This document shows positions 28,901-41,600 of a stretch of 64,000 bases of DNA, one piece after another. Source of the stretch: Azolla caroliniana (Eukaryota; Plantae; Polypodiophyta). How positions within the stretch are numbered: the stretch's first letter is position 1; each line of letters starts with the position of its first letter. The notes under the pieces are model-generated. The model ran no database searches, was not told the origin of the DNA, and worked only from the letters and a program-made list of their open reading frames with translations. A program made the translations under genes and the position numbers. Location of the stretch: positions 16,864,001-16,928,000 of the forward strand of contig JBHGNT010000007.1 in assembly GCA_043228905.1 (NCBI GenBank), written 5' to 3'.

Positions 28901-30994
28901 AATACAACTAATTTTCCATCTAAGATGTAAACAATTTTGGAAACATGTCCATATCTATTTAAAACATTTTTCTAATAACCTCGATATCTTAATTAACCAT
29001 ATATTATCTTCTGAATTAAACACTGCTTTGTTTAGATTCACAAGGAACTTTACCAGTAAGAAATCCATGAAAACACATAAACTCCTCACCTTGTTCCATC
29101 AAAGCCACCCATGAAACAGTATTTGGAGGCACTGATTCCTCCATCAGGGCCCTGATTATAGAGAAAAATAAAAAAATAAATGAAGGGTTGGCTAAGTAAA
29201 TTCATAAGGTTTTTAAAAATGACTTAAATAAAAAGTCAAAGTATGTTGACACTCACTTGTGCCCGGCGTAAACCAAACTCCAGAAGCATTTTATCGCTCC
29301 CAGCCACTTGTCTATGCCTTGCAGCATTAGTAGTCACTAATGATGCGTAATTTACAAGATTCAAAAATGCAGTCTCCAACAGTTGTATTACCTAGAAAAT
29401 AATAATAATAATTCCACCATTGTGATATCCTACTTTGGAAATGTACTAGTTAACTAAATATGATTTTTGAATAAAAGAAATATGTTTTTAAGTTAATCCA
29501 AAAATAATTGAATTGAGTTATATAGTCTTTATAATTATTTTTACAAAAGAAAAAGGTGATTACTTAATAATCATTTCGAAAGTACTCACAAGCAGAGGGC
29601 CTTCTACGCGGATTAAAGGAATCCTTGGGAATACAACTGAGCCTTCAGGTATTGCATATATTTCTACATCCGAGCAATCCAAGGAAGCCAAATATTGGAA
29701 GAAAGCATCCTTCAAAACCATAAATGTGATTGAAATATCATCAATTAGTAATATATTCTCATGAATAACTAATTTAGGGCAAAGATTCTCATTGCACACA
29801 TACTTCACATGTCACTGGTAGGATTGACCGTAGAAATTCTATATCAGATGCCTTGAAGTGGAAGTCCGAAGCAAATTTAATGCATTCTCCCAAACCCGCA
29901 AAGACCGTATACTCCCCACGGAAAGGATTTTTCCGAAATAGAAGATCAAACCTATTAAACAAACCGTGATCTTCCACTGAATAATTACACTTAAACCCAT
30001 AGCAATTTATCCTGTTCTAACTTATAATGATAAAAAGCATGGGCATTTTTCTATTTCATTGTCACAGATGGAAATCATAGCTAATGCCGGTAGAGCATGC
30101 AAAGAAGGTTGTGGGCATGAAACTTATCCTTATTTCATGAGGGGTCTTAGATCATCTTTCGACTTCATCTTGGAATGCATTACTTGATTGTGCAATCAAT
30201 CGTAGAATACAAAGCAGGGAAGGAAAAGAGAGAAAACCCTTTAACCTATGGATAACACTAAAAACTTGGGTTTTAGAATCCATATATTCTTAAAGAAAGA
30301 AAACCTTAAAAGCTACAAATTACACTGAAAAGTCTGGGATATCAGGCACCGTGATCTTATCAGAAAAATCCCAAAAAAACTGATAAGAAAGAGAGGGTAT
30401 CAGGCATCAGGAAAATCCTAAAATCCATGAATAACACCCAAAAAATAGGGTATTGCTGGAATGATCTCGCATATGAAACCCTAAAAAAAGAAACAAATAA
30501 ACTTGTCGTAAGAAATCTTAAAATCCATGAATGATATCCAAAAAGTGGGGTTCTGGTGCATGATCTTATCACACAAAAATGAAACCCATGCATAAAAGTG
30601 ATCTCGCCCAGAAAGGGGGGCATTGGGGACATGCTCTTATCCTAAAACCCATGAATGGCATTAAAATTCAACCCTGAATTCCATGAATAAAACTAAAAAT
30701 CAAGTCTAAAAACTATGAATAGAGCTAAAAACTGGGGCATGATCTTATCAGAAACCCCCTAAAATCCAAGGAAGAGAGCTAGATTTTAGCACAAAAATCC
30801 ACGAATTAATCTGGAAAAAGAGAGCTTATTTATAGTTGATTGAGCACTTACACTGATCTATCCAAGTGCTTGTCTGCCTTCCAATAAGCGTAGGCCATGG
30901 TGAACTGATACATATCAGTTAAGAGAGACGAAACCATGGGATTTGTGGGTTTTCCCACATCTTCATCCATCTTCCCATTTGCATGAGTTTCCAT
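22483..30994 (-). CDS. NAPRT: Nicotinate phosphoribosyltransferase, 556 aa
   Basis: Exons (minus): 30852-30994 (..[16 protein letters not shown]), 29804-29951, 29590-29709, 29257-29391 ([10 protein letters not shown]), 29090-29151, 28737-28812 (GTHSHAFV; GC donor), 28526-28627, 28256-28372, 27498-27556, 27181-27355 ([13 protein letters not shown]), 26125-26259 ([10 protein letters not shown]), 25951-26049, 23344-23452, 23124-23236, 22483-22560 (..EAPIGELW*). Sum 1671 nt, one open frame. Probable 5'UTR intron 30997-31107. Confidence 0.96.
22575..22992. repeat. ~195-bp tandem duplication with (TACA)n/(TA)n/(TATG)n microsatellites in the last NAPRT intron
   Basis: ATATCCTAGTAAAATTATC..GGAATTTCCCCCCTTAATG block occurs at ~22575 and ~22772. 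Confidence 0.85.
23520..25200. mobile_element. Unclassified degraded TE-like insertion in a NAPRT intron
   Basis: Higher-GC block in a 2.5-kb intron, with LTR-like composition and a TATA-like site (~24190) and a broken minus-strand ORF starting MAFKEVLQG near 23882. No family motif recognised. Confidence 0.35.
25230..25695 (-). repeat. Second copy of the dispersed repeat seen at 2.0-3.2 kb
   Basis: Direct sequence similarity to 2385-2435 and 2820-3160. Confidence 0.7.
26270..26655. repeat. ~42-bp minisatellite (about 9 degenerate units) in a NAPRT intron
   Basis: Repeats of CATTACAAGATTGTTTTATCATTTACAAAATATCAGTTTCTTG. Confidence 0.85.
26660..27345 (-). repeat. Tandem triplication (~230 bp) of the [13 protein letters not shown] exon plus its donor; two frameshifted pseudo-exon copies
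   Basis: Real exon 27181-27355. Copies at ~26948-27110 and ~26720-26878, each ending AAACAG|GTAA. Confidence 0.92.
27660..28205. repeat. ~290-bp intronic tandem duplication
   Basis: GAGAATTTTGTGATTGGTCA..AAAGAAAATAAAAGTGCTAATTT..ATCTAAAATCTTTTG..AAGAACACAATC occurs twice. Confidence 0.8.
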
Positions 30995-31269
30995 ATCTGA
31001 TGAATGAGAGGGAGAGAGAGAGAGAGAGATACAGATTTAGCTCAAGATCAAGATTCATTGACATGTATATATATATATATATATAAATAGAGAGAGAGTA
31101 TTCTCACCTGCTCTTTTTTCTTGGTATGATGCTGCTTTTCCCTGCAAATTCAAGTTACTTTGAAGGAATGAAGAAATCCTCGGAGAGAGATAAGAGAATT
31201 TTCGTCGTCCTCTCTCATCGCAAGTAGCCTAAGAATAGCCTGAGAGCTTTTCGCTCTCTTTTTAATTTT

Positions 31270-31303
31270 AATTTTATTATTATTATTATCATTATTATTA
31301 TTA

Positions 31304-31336
<33 letters not shown>

Positions 31337-31725
31337 GTGGTGGTGGTGTGTCATGCCAATCCTCTCCATCTCCTCCTCCTGGAATAGTGGATCCTTTAGA
31401 GTGTGTTTTTTTTTCCTTCTTTTCTTACCTTCCCTCATTCCATTGATCTGAAAGAAGAAAAAACAAATTGCGGCACAGAAAAAGTCCGATCTGAGGTTTG
31501 TTATGAGCTCGATCCTTAGGTTTGTTACAAGCTCGATCCGAGGTTTGTTACAGTGGGTCCTCGAGATGGTGGTCTTTTATGCCAATCCTCTCCATCTCAT
31601 CCACTTCTTATTGGATCCTTTAGACTCCTTTCTTGACTACATTCCATCATTTGATTGATTGATCCGAAAGAAAACAAATTGCGGTAGGAAAGGCCTTGAT
31701 CCGAGGTTTGTTACAATAGGTTCTA
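31270..31725. repeat. (ATT)n microsatellite followed by a duplicated ~225-bp block with GATCCGAGGTTTGTTACA subrepeats, upstream of NAPRT
   Basis: ATGCCAATCCTCTCCATCTC at ~31353 and ~31579; about four GATC(C/T)..GGTTTGTTA motifs. Confidence 0.7.
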
Positions 31726-34084
31726 GTGATGGGTCATTCCACATGTCAACGCAATCCATCGCACTACCTAGAAGTTTTGTTCCTAGACATGGGTTGATCC
31801 ATGGTTTTGTTCGAACACTTCCCATTGTGTGCTTGTTCCGTTCATTGGATGCCATTGCAAGCCACAAAATGTCGTTACAAGAACATGTTCGAGATCTGAA
31901 TGTCATCTCTTTATTGTGCATGCCAAGAAATGATGCAGATGATAAGGAAGAGTAACTATGCAATGGAAGGGGGGGAGCTTAAATCAATGTGCCCACAAGA
32001 CAAGAAAGAACGGGTTCAGCTCTATGTGACATTAATAAATACAGATCCCGTTCCTTGATTACCTCCCAATGCACATCATTTTCCCGCTCCTTTATTTCCT
32101 TCTAATATGCAATAACGTGGAATCTCCATCTTAAATATTTTAGACCAACATTTTTTGCGTTGGCTTGGCACAATTGCAAGCTTAACTATATAGGCTGAAT
32201 TGACAAGGAAGTTGAATGAAGCCTATAACGGGTTAACATGTGGTCATCACTCATCCATTCCCCCCCCCCCCCAAAAAAAGGCACTTAATGAAGCAACATG
32301 TAAAATTAGGTGTGGATTTTAAAGATTAAATCAACATGGTGTTGTAAAACGGGGTGCTCTACAAGTGCCCATAAAAGTGCGTGCTATATATACATACATT
32401 GATTCTAATTTCTCATAATATGATGTTGCAATTTGGGCGACACAAGTGAATGTTTAACAAAAATGTGATGTTAAGGATATAGCCAAAGAAATTCATAAGA
32501 AACGACAATGTATTGGACGGTACATCTTTTCCGAAATATATTGAACATCTTCAAGTAATATGCATGTTTTCTATATATTTAGATAGAGATTGAATGTATC
32601 GAAGATTTTCACTCATGTTTTAAGTAATGGACATGCACCCTTCTCGATTAAAGCGTGAATATATACACGGCTTTAATAGTACGAGGAAGAGATGGTCAAA
32701 TTTGTCGCTCATGTCCTTAGAAGTCCTCGACAAACATACAAAACAAACAAAAAAGGGAAATCGTTATGCATGTACAAAGATGCTTGCATTCCTACACATC
32801 ACATGCACAACCATGCCCAACATACCATTTGGCATATATATAGCGTATTAAATGTGCACATGCTTGTATGAAATGAAGTATAAATTTCAATGTGTTGATT
32901 ATTTTACCACTTAAGATTAGTAAATTGTGGAGTATAACTTTCATTGTGTTGATTCCGTAAACAGTGAAGTACAAATTTCAATGCATTCATTATTTTACCA
33001 CTTAAAGCCAATGATTAGAAAATGAGTAAATCCTCTCTCCTTGAAAAGTTATAGGAAATAAAACCTTCAACTTTTTCTAACCATGCCACTATGGGATAAC
33101 TTTGGACCAAGGGGTTTACAATAACCCGATTGTCCAATTTCAATATGTGGGCTACAACAAAACAAATTGTGTAGCCATGCCTTATCAATTACTTGTTAAT
33201 ATACCCCTTCATACTAGTAGGTAGCAATTTTTCCACTATGATGGATGCTTTTGATGTTACACCTAATATAGGGGTATATTTTGAAAGGCTCTCTAATTTA
33301 TGTAAATGCATAGAGTATATTAATATTGTATTCCTTTTTCAATTGGTTGTTAGCCATACATAAAAAGGCACTCCATCAATAACAACTTAACACCATGTTT
33401 TATACACATATGTACTTGTCATGAGGGGGGATACCTTCCTTTGTGTTATTTGCATCGACAATAAATATATTTCTGGCATCCATGGGCGAATTGGTTGTCA
33501 TAGAATAGATGTTTTATTGTCCAAGATGAGACTAATTTTGACCAATGGAAACAAATCAAATATCGTGTTGTATATGACTCCTTCCTAAGAACTTAGAAGG
33601 GGGATTCAAACTATGTAGTAAAAACTCTCTATGTGAAAATTGTGCACACATATATGTGCTCACCCTTCTTAGTGGACATTTGAATATGATATCTAATTTA
33701 GTTAGTGAGTTTGTCATCTCTCTAATTATCTATTATAAATATCAAATTTACAAGTGCATCTATAATTAATGAAATGGTTTTTGGGATGCTTCAATGGGAT
33801 TAAAAGGTTTCCTTTATTAGTGTTGCCTTCGGTTGGGAGCATTGGTATTGTTTTCAATTGCATTCAATGACGTTTGTTCTCTATGTTTGAGTTGTGAAAT
33901 AAGTGATTGTAAAGACATACTTTTTGGGAGTAAATTCTTAAGTGGTGGGCATGTGAAGGTATTATTTAGAAATAAAAGCAATTTGGAGAGTTTTTTAAAA
34001 CAATAAATCTATATGTAGGGATTCATAACAATACTACATGTTTTTCAAATCAATGAGAATTAAGTATGGCTTAAAGTTTGGGAT

Positions 34085-35670
34085 TTTATTTTATTTTCTC
34101 CAACAAAAAACTACTTCCATTAGTTAAGGCAATGTACATAGGATAATATACAATTCATATCTTACAAGCCAACTTGCATGTCGAAAAGAAAACAACATGT
34201 GTAAAGGAAACAACAAAAAAAACTCCAAAACACCACATCATTCGATGAGCATAGCATTAGTTGACCGCATACCCTCCATGTGAGCCTCGTACAACCCGAA
34301 TTCAACATAGACATCATCCACTCTCTTCTCATGGCAACACCCATCTATATGTTAGGTACACTCGGAGGGAACAACCATCGTGGTGGTTGATAATTCCACT
34401 TCGCTTTGCCATCCACCATCTGCAGCATCGGAGAACTGCTCCATTTCAAAACGAACCGAGCTCTAGCTTCTTCACTTGCGTCTGAGGGCCCTTCAAGGCT
34501 TTCAAACTCTCCTCGTAACGTGGAAATAAGATTAAACCAAATCATCATTAAACTCTCAACCGATGGGGTTCGCTTACTTGAGAAAGTCTCCTTGCACCTA
34601 GATACCCACACTTGCCAAACCGTAAGGCCGATCACTAATAACCATATGTCCACGTAGCGTTCCTGTATGTAGAATGAACCTCCTTGCGTTGGTTGTACAG
34701 TTCCTTGCATCACCTTTAAAGAATGACCATTTCCATTCCACCCTTTAAACCACATTGCCGATTCAGTGGCCAACCAAGTGACTGTTGCGCTTGATACATG
34801 AACCTCAACCCTGAATCGAGCCAAGATTCTTAAGCTCCTCGACTAAACTTCTTGGGCTCGTGGGCAGCTCCACAAACAATGTGTGATGTCCTCCAAGCTC
34901 GCATTGCAGGCCTTGCAACTACTCATGCCACCTCTTTTCTCAACCCACTCTCCCGTTGGAACAACTCGATGGGTGATTAACCAGAAAAACACTTTGACCT
35001 GCTCGGGGAGGGATGAGTTCCATATCTTGCTCCTGGTTCTATCCACGAAGACTAAATCAACAACTACATGGGCCCATTTGTTGGCACACTTCTCACGATG
35101 CCAACATAACTTTCTCCCCAAGCACGTCAAGTATTCAAAGAAACCTATTGATTTATCTTCTTCTCCCTTCCACTTATATTCAACAAGATCCCATTCTAAG
35201 AACTCGAGTGACTTGCCTTCAACCACGTACAAGATCCATTCCTCCTCAACCTCATCGACTTGTGGATTCATCTTCCATTTCTTGCCGTCTCGTGCCACAA
35301 TTATAATCGAGCACCAACATGCACTTTCATCTGTTGATCCCAACTGGACTATCTTCCCATTCTTTCCTAGACCCCTAACATTGATAATTTTCCCCATATC
35401 ATCACATTGTTTGGACCATTCACCCTCTTCCCCATTACTGATAGGAATTGAATAGACAATTGTATTGACTAGGTCAAGCATCTTCTTGCCATTTCTAAAC
35501 TTTCCCATGTCTTCATATAATTTATCACGATTATTGCCAGACAGCCGCATCCAATCTGCCACTCTGAATGAATCCCTACACAATACAATATAGCCCATGA
35601 TATAGGCGTGCTCTGTCCAAGTGTTTTTCCCTTTGACGATTTTAAGGTCTCGTTCCACAATAGGGGTCGG
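34085..35670 (-). mobile_element. 5'-truncated L1-like LINE (zf-RVT and C-terminus)
   Basis: ORFs 34843-35658 (IWNSSLPEQVKVFFWLITHRVVPTGEW..CKAC..EDITHCLWSCPRAQEV) and 34345-34824 (..KWNYQPPRWLFPP). A-rich tail on the minus strand near 34085-34097. Confidence 0.85.
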
Positions 35671-35671
35671 T

Positions 35672-37056
35672 TGTTACGTCATGACCATATAATATCCCGT
35701 GGTGAGAATTTACCGTAGTATTCTATACACGTGGATACATGTGAGGGTTAAACGAGAGTGTAAAGAAGGGGAGGATTACTTTGAATACTCGGGATTGAAG
35801 ACAACCCATTAGGCCAAGTGTGAACTTGCCTGGGGGCCTTGGGTATCACTATAAACAAGAGGCCTAACTACCCTCATTGGATCATCTGGTTGACTACGTC
35901 GAGACTCTGTCTCGTGGTGGGTCAACTCTTGTAGCGAGCATGCCAACACTAGGTATGACTCGACGCCATGACGGTGGTATGGGATGTCGATCGAGGCTCA
36001 AGTTCGTCTCGATCCCTTCGCTCGGGTTGGTCGGGTGGATCGACACCCTTCTTTCTCTCTCTCCTTCTATCTTTTATCCTTATTTTATGCTTACATTAGT
36101 TCATGTCTCTAATAGTTGGTTTCAGAGCCCATGTTCTAATGTTTCTTTTGTTGTCTTTTGTCTTGTTGATTGATGGTGATTGATCGATGTGCAATCGGCC
36201 TTGATCCAGACAACGATCAACAAAGGAACTTTAGTAACTCTTTCCTTATTATTATTATTTTTTCTTCTCCCATCTAATCATGTGTATAGTCTATATGTAA
36301 TTGTTTTCATTAATTTAATGATGTTGTAGTGGTAATTAATTGGTTGTATAAAACGTTTACATATGTGTATGAGGTCAATACCTCATTTGACATATATTGA
36401 ATATGTGATTAGTGTCATATGCGCACGAGGTTAATACCTCAATTGCGCATTACGCTCACATACATATGTTACGTATGAGTATGAGGTCAATACCTCAATT
36501 TCGTTGTAAATGATATGTGTTTGGTCTCGTATGCGTAAGAGGTTAATACCTCAATTGCGTATCACGATGAACCCTTATTTTTTGATGTTTCGTGTGTATA
36601 GAGGGTATATGCCTCGATTACGTATCTCGATTACATCATTTCTGGCTATTTGATGTAACGATTTGTTTAATGTATGCATACGTGGGCACGTGTATACGTA
36701 TTTGATCGTATATATGTGATAAGTAAACATATGTGTATATTTGATATTACGTGATTTCTATCGAATGTTGTCCTTGTCGGGAAAAGGATCTTGGTGGCCG
36801 TCCTCACTTTTTGTGAGAATGACGTTTTCACCATCCCTTTTTCAACAATTTTTTGTTGACATCCCCATCGGTCACTTCGATATTTCGTTACGTAATGAAA
36901 CAATCATAGCCACAATGGTGTTGAGTACTTAGGGGTTAACCCACTTCATGTGAGGTTGCTCCTATGATACACATATCCAACATCCCTCCCTCGTTACACG
37001 GATATGATGCCACCATGAGATCATTCTTATGAGAGGCATTCGTAATGACGTAACCA
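35672..37056. mobile_element. Non-coding LTR-like or TIR-bounded element abutting the LINE 5' end
   Basis: Begins TGTTACGTCATGAC; GTAATGACGTAACCA at 37042-37056 is its near reverse complement. TATA plus GC-rich segment at 35850-36050. No TSD found. Confidence 0.35.
36365..36620. repeat. Array of palindromic GAGGT(C/T)AATACCTC motifs at 56-bp period
   Basis: Motif starts at 36371, 36427, 36483 and 36539, with a degenerate copy at 36601. Confidence 0.85.
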
Positions 37057-38054
37057 TGTGATGGGCCACGTGGGCCTACTATGAAAAGAGGGCTCATTTG
37101 GCTTGACCATTAGGTTGCATTGGTGTATGCCATCGTAATTATGAGACTTGAGGTTAGGTAACGTACCAACAAAGTTTGTGGTAAACGAGGGGGAAATAAG
37201 GACTCTTGACATATATGTTTCTTTTAAAAAAACATATATGGGCAAATGCCTTGCATATCTCTTATATGCATGAAACATTAAAATTCAAGAAGAGATACCT
37301 ACTTGGTTGGCTCAAGAGTTTAATGCATTTGTTCTCGAGGTCCCGAGTTCAAATATGACCAAGACCATACAACATCGTTGATACATATGACTATAACACA
37401 TGTTTAGACTTGAGGTTTAAGTGCACTTCGGGGTCCTCATAATAGGATTTAAAGAGTCGAAACCACATATGTGGGCACAGAAACATAGTTTATTGTTAAC
37501 ATTTTTTTCATGTATAAACTACTCATGACGCCATGAAAAAATCGATATAGAGATTAGGGAAATACATTAATTTGTCACCCCCATGGTTTTTAAAACACCT
37601 TTGTGTTACCATAGTAACTTGATCTTGAACCTCATCTCATACATCTTGGCCTTATCGTTCAAGTAGTTAGCTCTTACCATTTGAGTTTAATTTTGTCTCG
37701 CCACTTCTTCTATGAGAATATTTGAATCTTCACCTATTGCTAACCTTAATCTTTATCTACTTTTCTCCCCTTGCACATGCCGCACCAAGACATCAACCCC
37801 CCCACTAAACCCTCCATCAAAGATGTCGAGAAAATACCTGCATGTATGTGCTATTCAAGTGGAACCATCAAGCTCTTAAACAAAGAGTGATGGGATTGTT
37901 GATGAATAAGCAAATGCATGAAGGACACTTGGCATACATGATGTAATCCATAATTAAAACGATAAGTTTATCTTACATTATGAATATCCTAATGGGTTGA
38001 ACTTAGTCCATGTTCTTACAAGGTCACGTGTTTGAATATCCATATAATGTTGTA

Positions 38055-38280
38055 ATTTTGAGAAATATTACTTGATTCAGTGACATAAAAGAGAGAGCCG
38101 ATATTTACAAAATTACATGAGAGAGACAAAGAAAAGTGAGAACCCACCATTGGCTTGCTAGAGAGTATAACATCGTAAATTTGAGAAATGTTACTTGATT
38201 CCTTGACATAAAAGAGAGAGCTGATATTTACATGAGAGAGACGAAGAAAAGTGAGAACCCACAGTTGGCTTGCTAGAGAA
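38055..38280. repeat. ~120-bp tandem duplication upstream of the oligopeptidase gene
   Basis: TTTGAGAAAT.TTACTTGATTC..GACATAAAAGAGAGAG..GAAAAGTGAGAACCCAC..TTGGCTTGCTAGAGA occurs twice. Confidence 0.8.
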
Positions 38281-38662
38281 ACCCATAAACTTCCTCAGCA
38301 AGAGAGACCCAAATCGCTTATTTACTCGAACGAGATGAAGGAAGGTGAGAACTCAGTTGACCATGCACGGTAGATCTTAGCTGACCATGCACTGTAGATA
38401 TAAGTTGATCATACATGGCACATCGACCTGAATTTGACTTGACAGAGGGACCCAATCTTGACCAGAGAGAGGTGAAGGTCATAGAGACTTGACCTTGACC
38501 TCAGGTAAATGGAAAAACCCAAACCCCATCTTTTCTCTCTTCACAAACTTGAAATGGTTCCATTTGAATAAAGAAGAAGAAGAAGAAGAAGAAGAAGAAA
38601 ATAGCTTCTTCTCTATGGTTTCATAAGAAGGAACACACACACACACACAGAGGGATCGAGCT

Positions 38663-41600
38663 ATGGCGACAAAAAAAGATCAGCTTCATCACCGTCGCCA
38701 TCACCGTCTTCATCACCAGCAGAAGATGGCTTTTCAGATAACAGGACTTGCCGTTGGTGCTGTCCTCGCTAGCAATATCTTCATTCGAATCTTTCGGTTC
38801 CTCAGAAGAGGTAACTTCATGTTTTCTCCGTGTGAAGTTATTAGGGTTGGTTCAATTAGTCGCCTCGGAGAACATTAAGCAAAAATAGAAAGAAACATGT
38901 GAAATCTTGATCACTTACATGATCTCAATGAGTCTACGAGAAACCTCGATATATGCCGACACTCTGATATCATGTACTCTCTGCGAGGTTAGGATTTCAA
39001 TGTGAAGTTAGAGTTTCTAATCAGAAACAAGGCTATTATACAGTGTAATATGTCACACATATACAGTATATTTCTTTTATTGTTGGAGAATATGATAAAA
39101 AACAGTAACGTTAAGAAAGACTACATTTGATCACAATAATAGCGAGCATTAAATGGTTTATTTATTATGCCATTTGACTTGATAAAAATATACTGGAAAA
39201 AGAAAATTGAGTCACTAACCAGAATCATTATGACATCCCAAATATTAAGATTCTAGAGATTAGATACAAAATTCTAGAATTTAGAAAGTCCTAGAACCTG
39301 TAGATATTCTCTCCTCCTAAGATTTCTCTCTCCACTGTCTTTTTTATCCAGCATTTGTTATCATGTACTCTGGTATGTCTTGCAAGGAGAAATTTTTTAA
39401 CCTTGTTCATTTTGATGTACGTAGCATGTTTAGCGAGTCTATGGGAGGTGCTTTGTTTCTTTTGTTAAAGATTTCTGCAGATAAATTTATATTTACTTAT
39501 TGGAAAATAAAACTAATACCTTTTCTGCGTGTTAGAAATTTCATGCATTTTTGACTACCTAGACAGGTAGAAAATTGAAATGTCTGCATAAAGACAATGG
39601 CAGGGAGTTCATATTCTGTATTTCAGAAATTTTGTGATTCTCATGCTATAATGTGGGAATTAACAGCCCCATCTAGGTCGTCTTCTAATGGTGTGGCCAA
39701 ACATTATAATTGAACATTGTATGAGAAAGTGAGATGCATTCTGTCCACACCTTCCCTTAAGAGTTTTGGGGAGAGGATATAAAAATTGTAGTTCATATGT
39801 GCAATTGATCTCCTCACATTACACTAAAAAATGGCATCTCTAAAGAGGTTTTGATTTGGCAAGCCTGACTCACATGGCTACTTCTGCATCTTTGGCAAGA
39901 TTTGCAAAATAATCTTCATGCTGATTTGATGACAGACATTTTCATGGGATAGCGCGATGAAGGTGAAATGGGCTACAAAATTTGGTTATTTTAGTTTAAG
40001 AAGGTAGTAGGCAACCACAATGTTTTAATGAGGCAAAGCTGCTCAAAGATAATGCTGCCTCAGAAGATGATAGTAAGAGGGTCAAATTTCAGCATGTATA
40101 GCCACCATAACTACTGAAAACAGGTCTTAGGAATGCACCACATAGGGCTGCAAATAACATTAAGCCTGTGGTAGTCATGCCAGAAGATGTTGGACAGCTA
40201 TTAAATGCCCGTAATGACAATGAGCAACCTGTAGAATGTACTGAAATCAGGGTTGTGAATGATGGACAACAATCCCAATATGATGATTTTGTGATTCCTC
40301 TTTGTGTAAAACCTATGCCTGAGAATGTGGAACAGTGGGTAAAAAAGTCTACATGAGTTAGGAGGTATGCCCAAGAATTTATCTTTCCTTACAGTATACC
40401 ATGCTGACTGATGAGGGTGAGTTGCTTGCTTTTAAAGAAACAATATTTTGTGAGCACAAAGGCAAGTGGGAGGTGGCAATGCAAGAAGAGATAAAATCCT
40501 TGCATACAAATGATAGTAGGGATCTGGTCGACTTGTCCGAGAGTTATACACAAAGATTTTATCCGTCCTTGCAGTATATCATGCCGAGTAATGGGGGGTT
40601 GAGTCTCTAACTTTTAAAGAAGCAATATCTATGTGCACAAAAGCGAGTTGGAGCTGGCAATGCAAGAAGAGATAAAACCCTTGCATGCAAATGATAGTAG
40701 GGATCTGGTCGACTTGCCCGAGAGTTATGCACAAAGATTTTATCCTTCCTTGCAGTATATCATGCCGAGTAATGGGGGGTGAGTCTCTAACTTTTAAAGA
40801 AGCAATATCTATGTGCACAAAAGTGAGTTGGAGCTGGCAATGCAAGAAGAAATAAAATACTTGCATGCAAATGATACTTGTGATTCGGTTGAGCTTCCCA
40901 AAGGTAGGAAATCCATTCCTTCCCACCTTGTCTCCCAATGAAAACAAAGAAGAGGCAGATATAATCATGTGTGCCCTTGCTTGAGATTAAAAGTTCCCAT
41001 TTTCCTCGTGTGTGCAATCGATCTTGATTTAGGGCTCTATTAGATGAAGCAACCAAAAGGTTTTGCTATTCCAGACAAAGAAAATTGCAAGCTGAATAGA
41101 TGTCTTTATGTGCTGAAACAAGCCCTAGACAATGATATAAGAAGTTGGACTCCATTATGTTTTCACAAGGTTTGAAATGGCAGTATGCAGATCCTCGTTT
41201 GTACACCAAGAAGAAATTTGATGACAACCTTCTGTATTGTATGTTGATAATATGTTGCATGCTGGGAAGGAAAAGAGCACATCAAATGCTCTAAAACAGC
41301 CGTTGATATCTGCATTTTCTATGAAAGATCTTGGTAACGCTGAGCACATTTTGGTCATGAAGACTAAAAGAGCTGGGAAGTAGTGATTGCTCTATTTGTG
41401 TCAAGACAAATACTTTAAAAATGTATTAGAAGGTTAAATATGGTTGATGCAAAGGAGTTTAGTGTGCCACTACAACTACATGCCAAGTTTACGAAGAATG
41501 ATTGCTAAAAGATAATGATGTAGCTAGTATATGAGAGGTTTTCCGCATGCATCAGATTGTGGATCACTCACACATGCCATGGTTGTTGTTAGACCAACAA

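Noticed and set aside
32300-34000. Possible decayed DNA transposon or gene fragment
   Set aside because: Only short stop-riddled frames with no assignable motif.
36365-36620. True CRISPR array
   Set aside because: The core is only ~14-18 bp, alternate linkers are homologous, and there is no cas gene or leader. Kept only as a periodic hairpin array.
39560-39630. Extra peptidase exon inside intron 1
   Set aside because: It translates as Copia integrase ([11 protein letters not shown]), and exon 1 already joins 57791 in phase.
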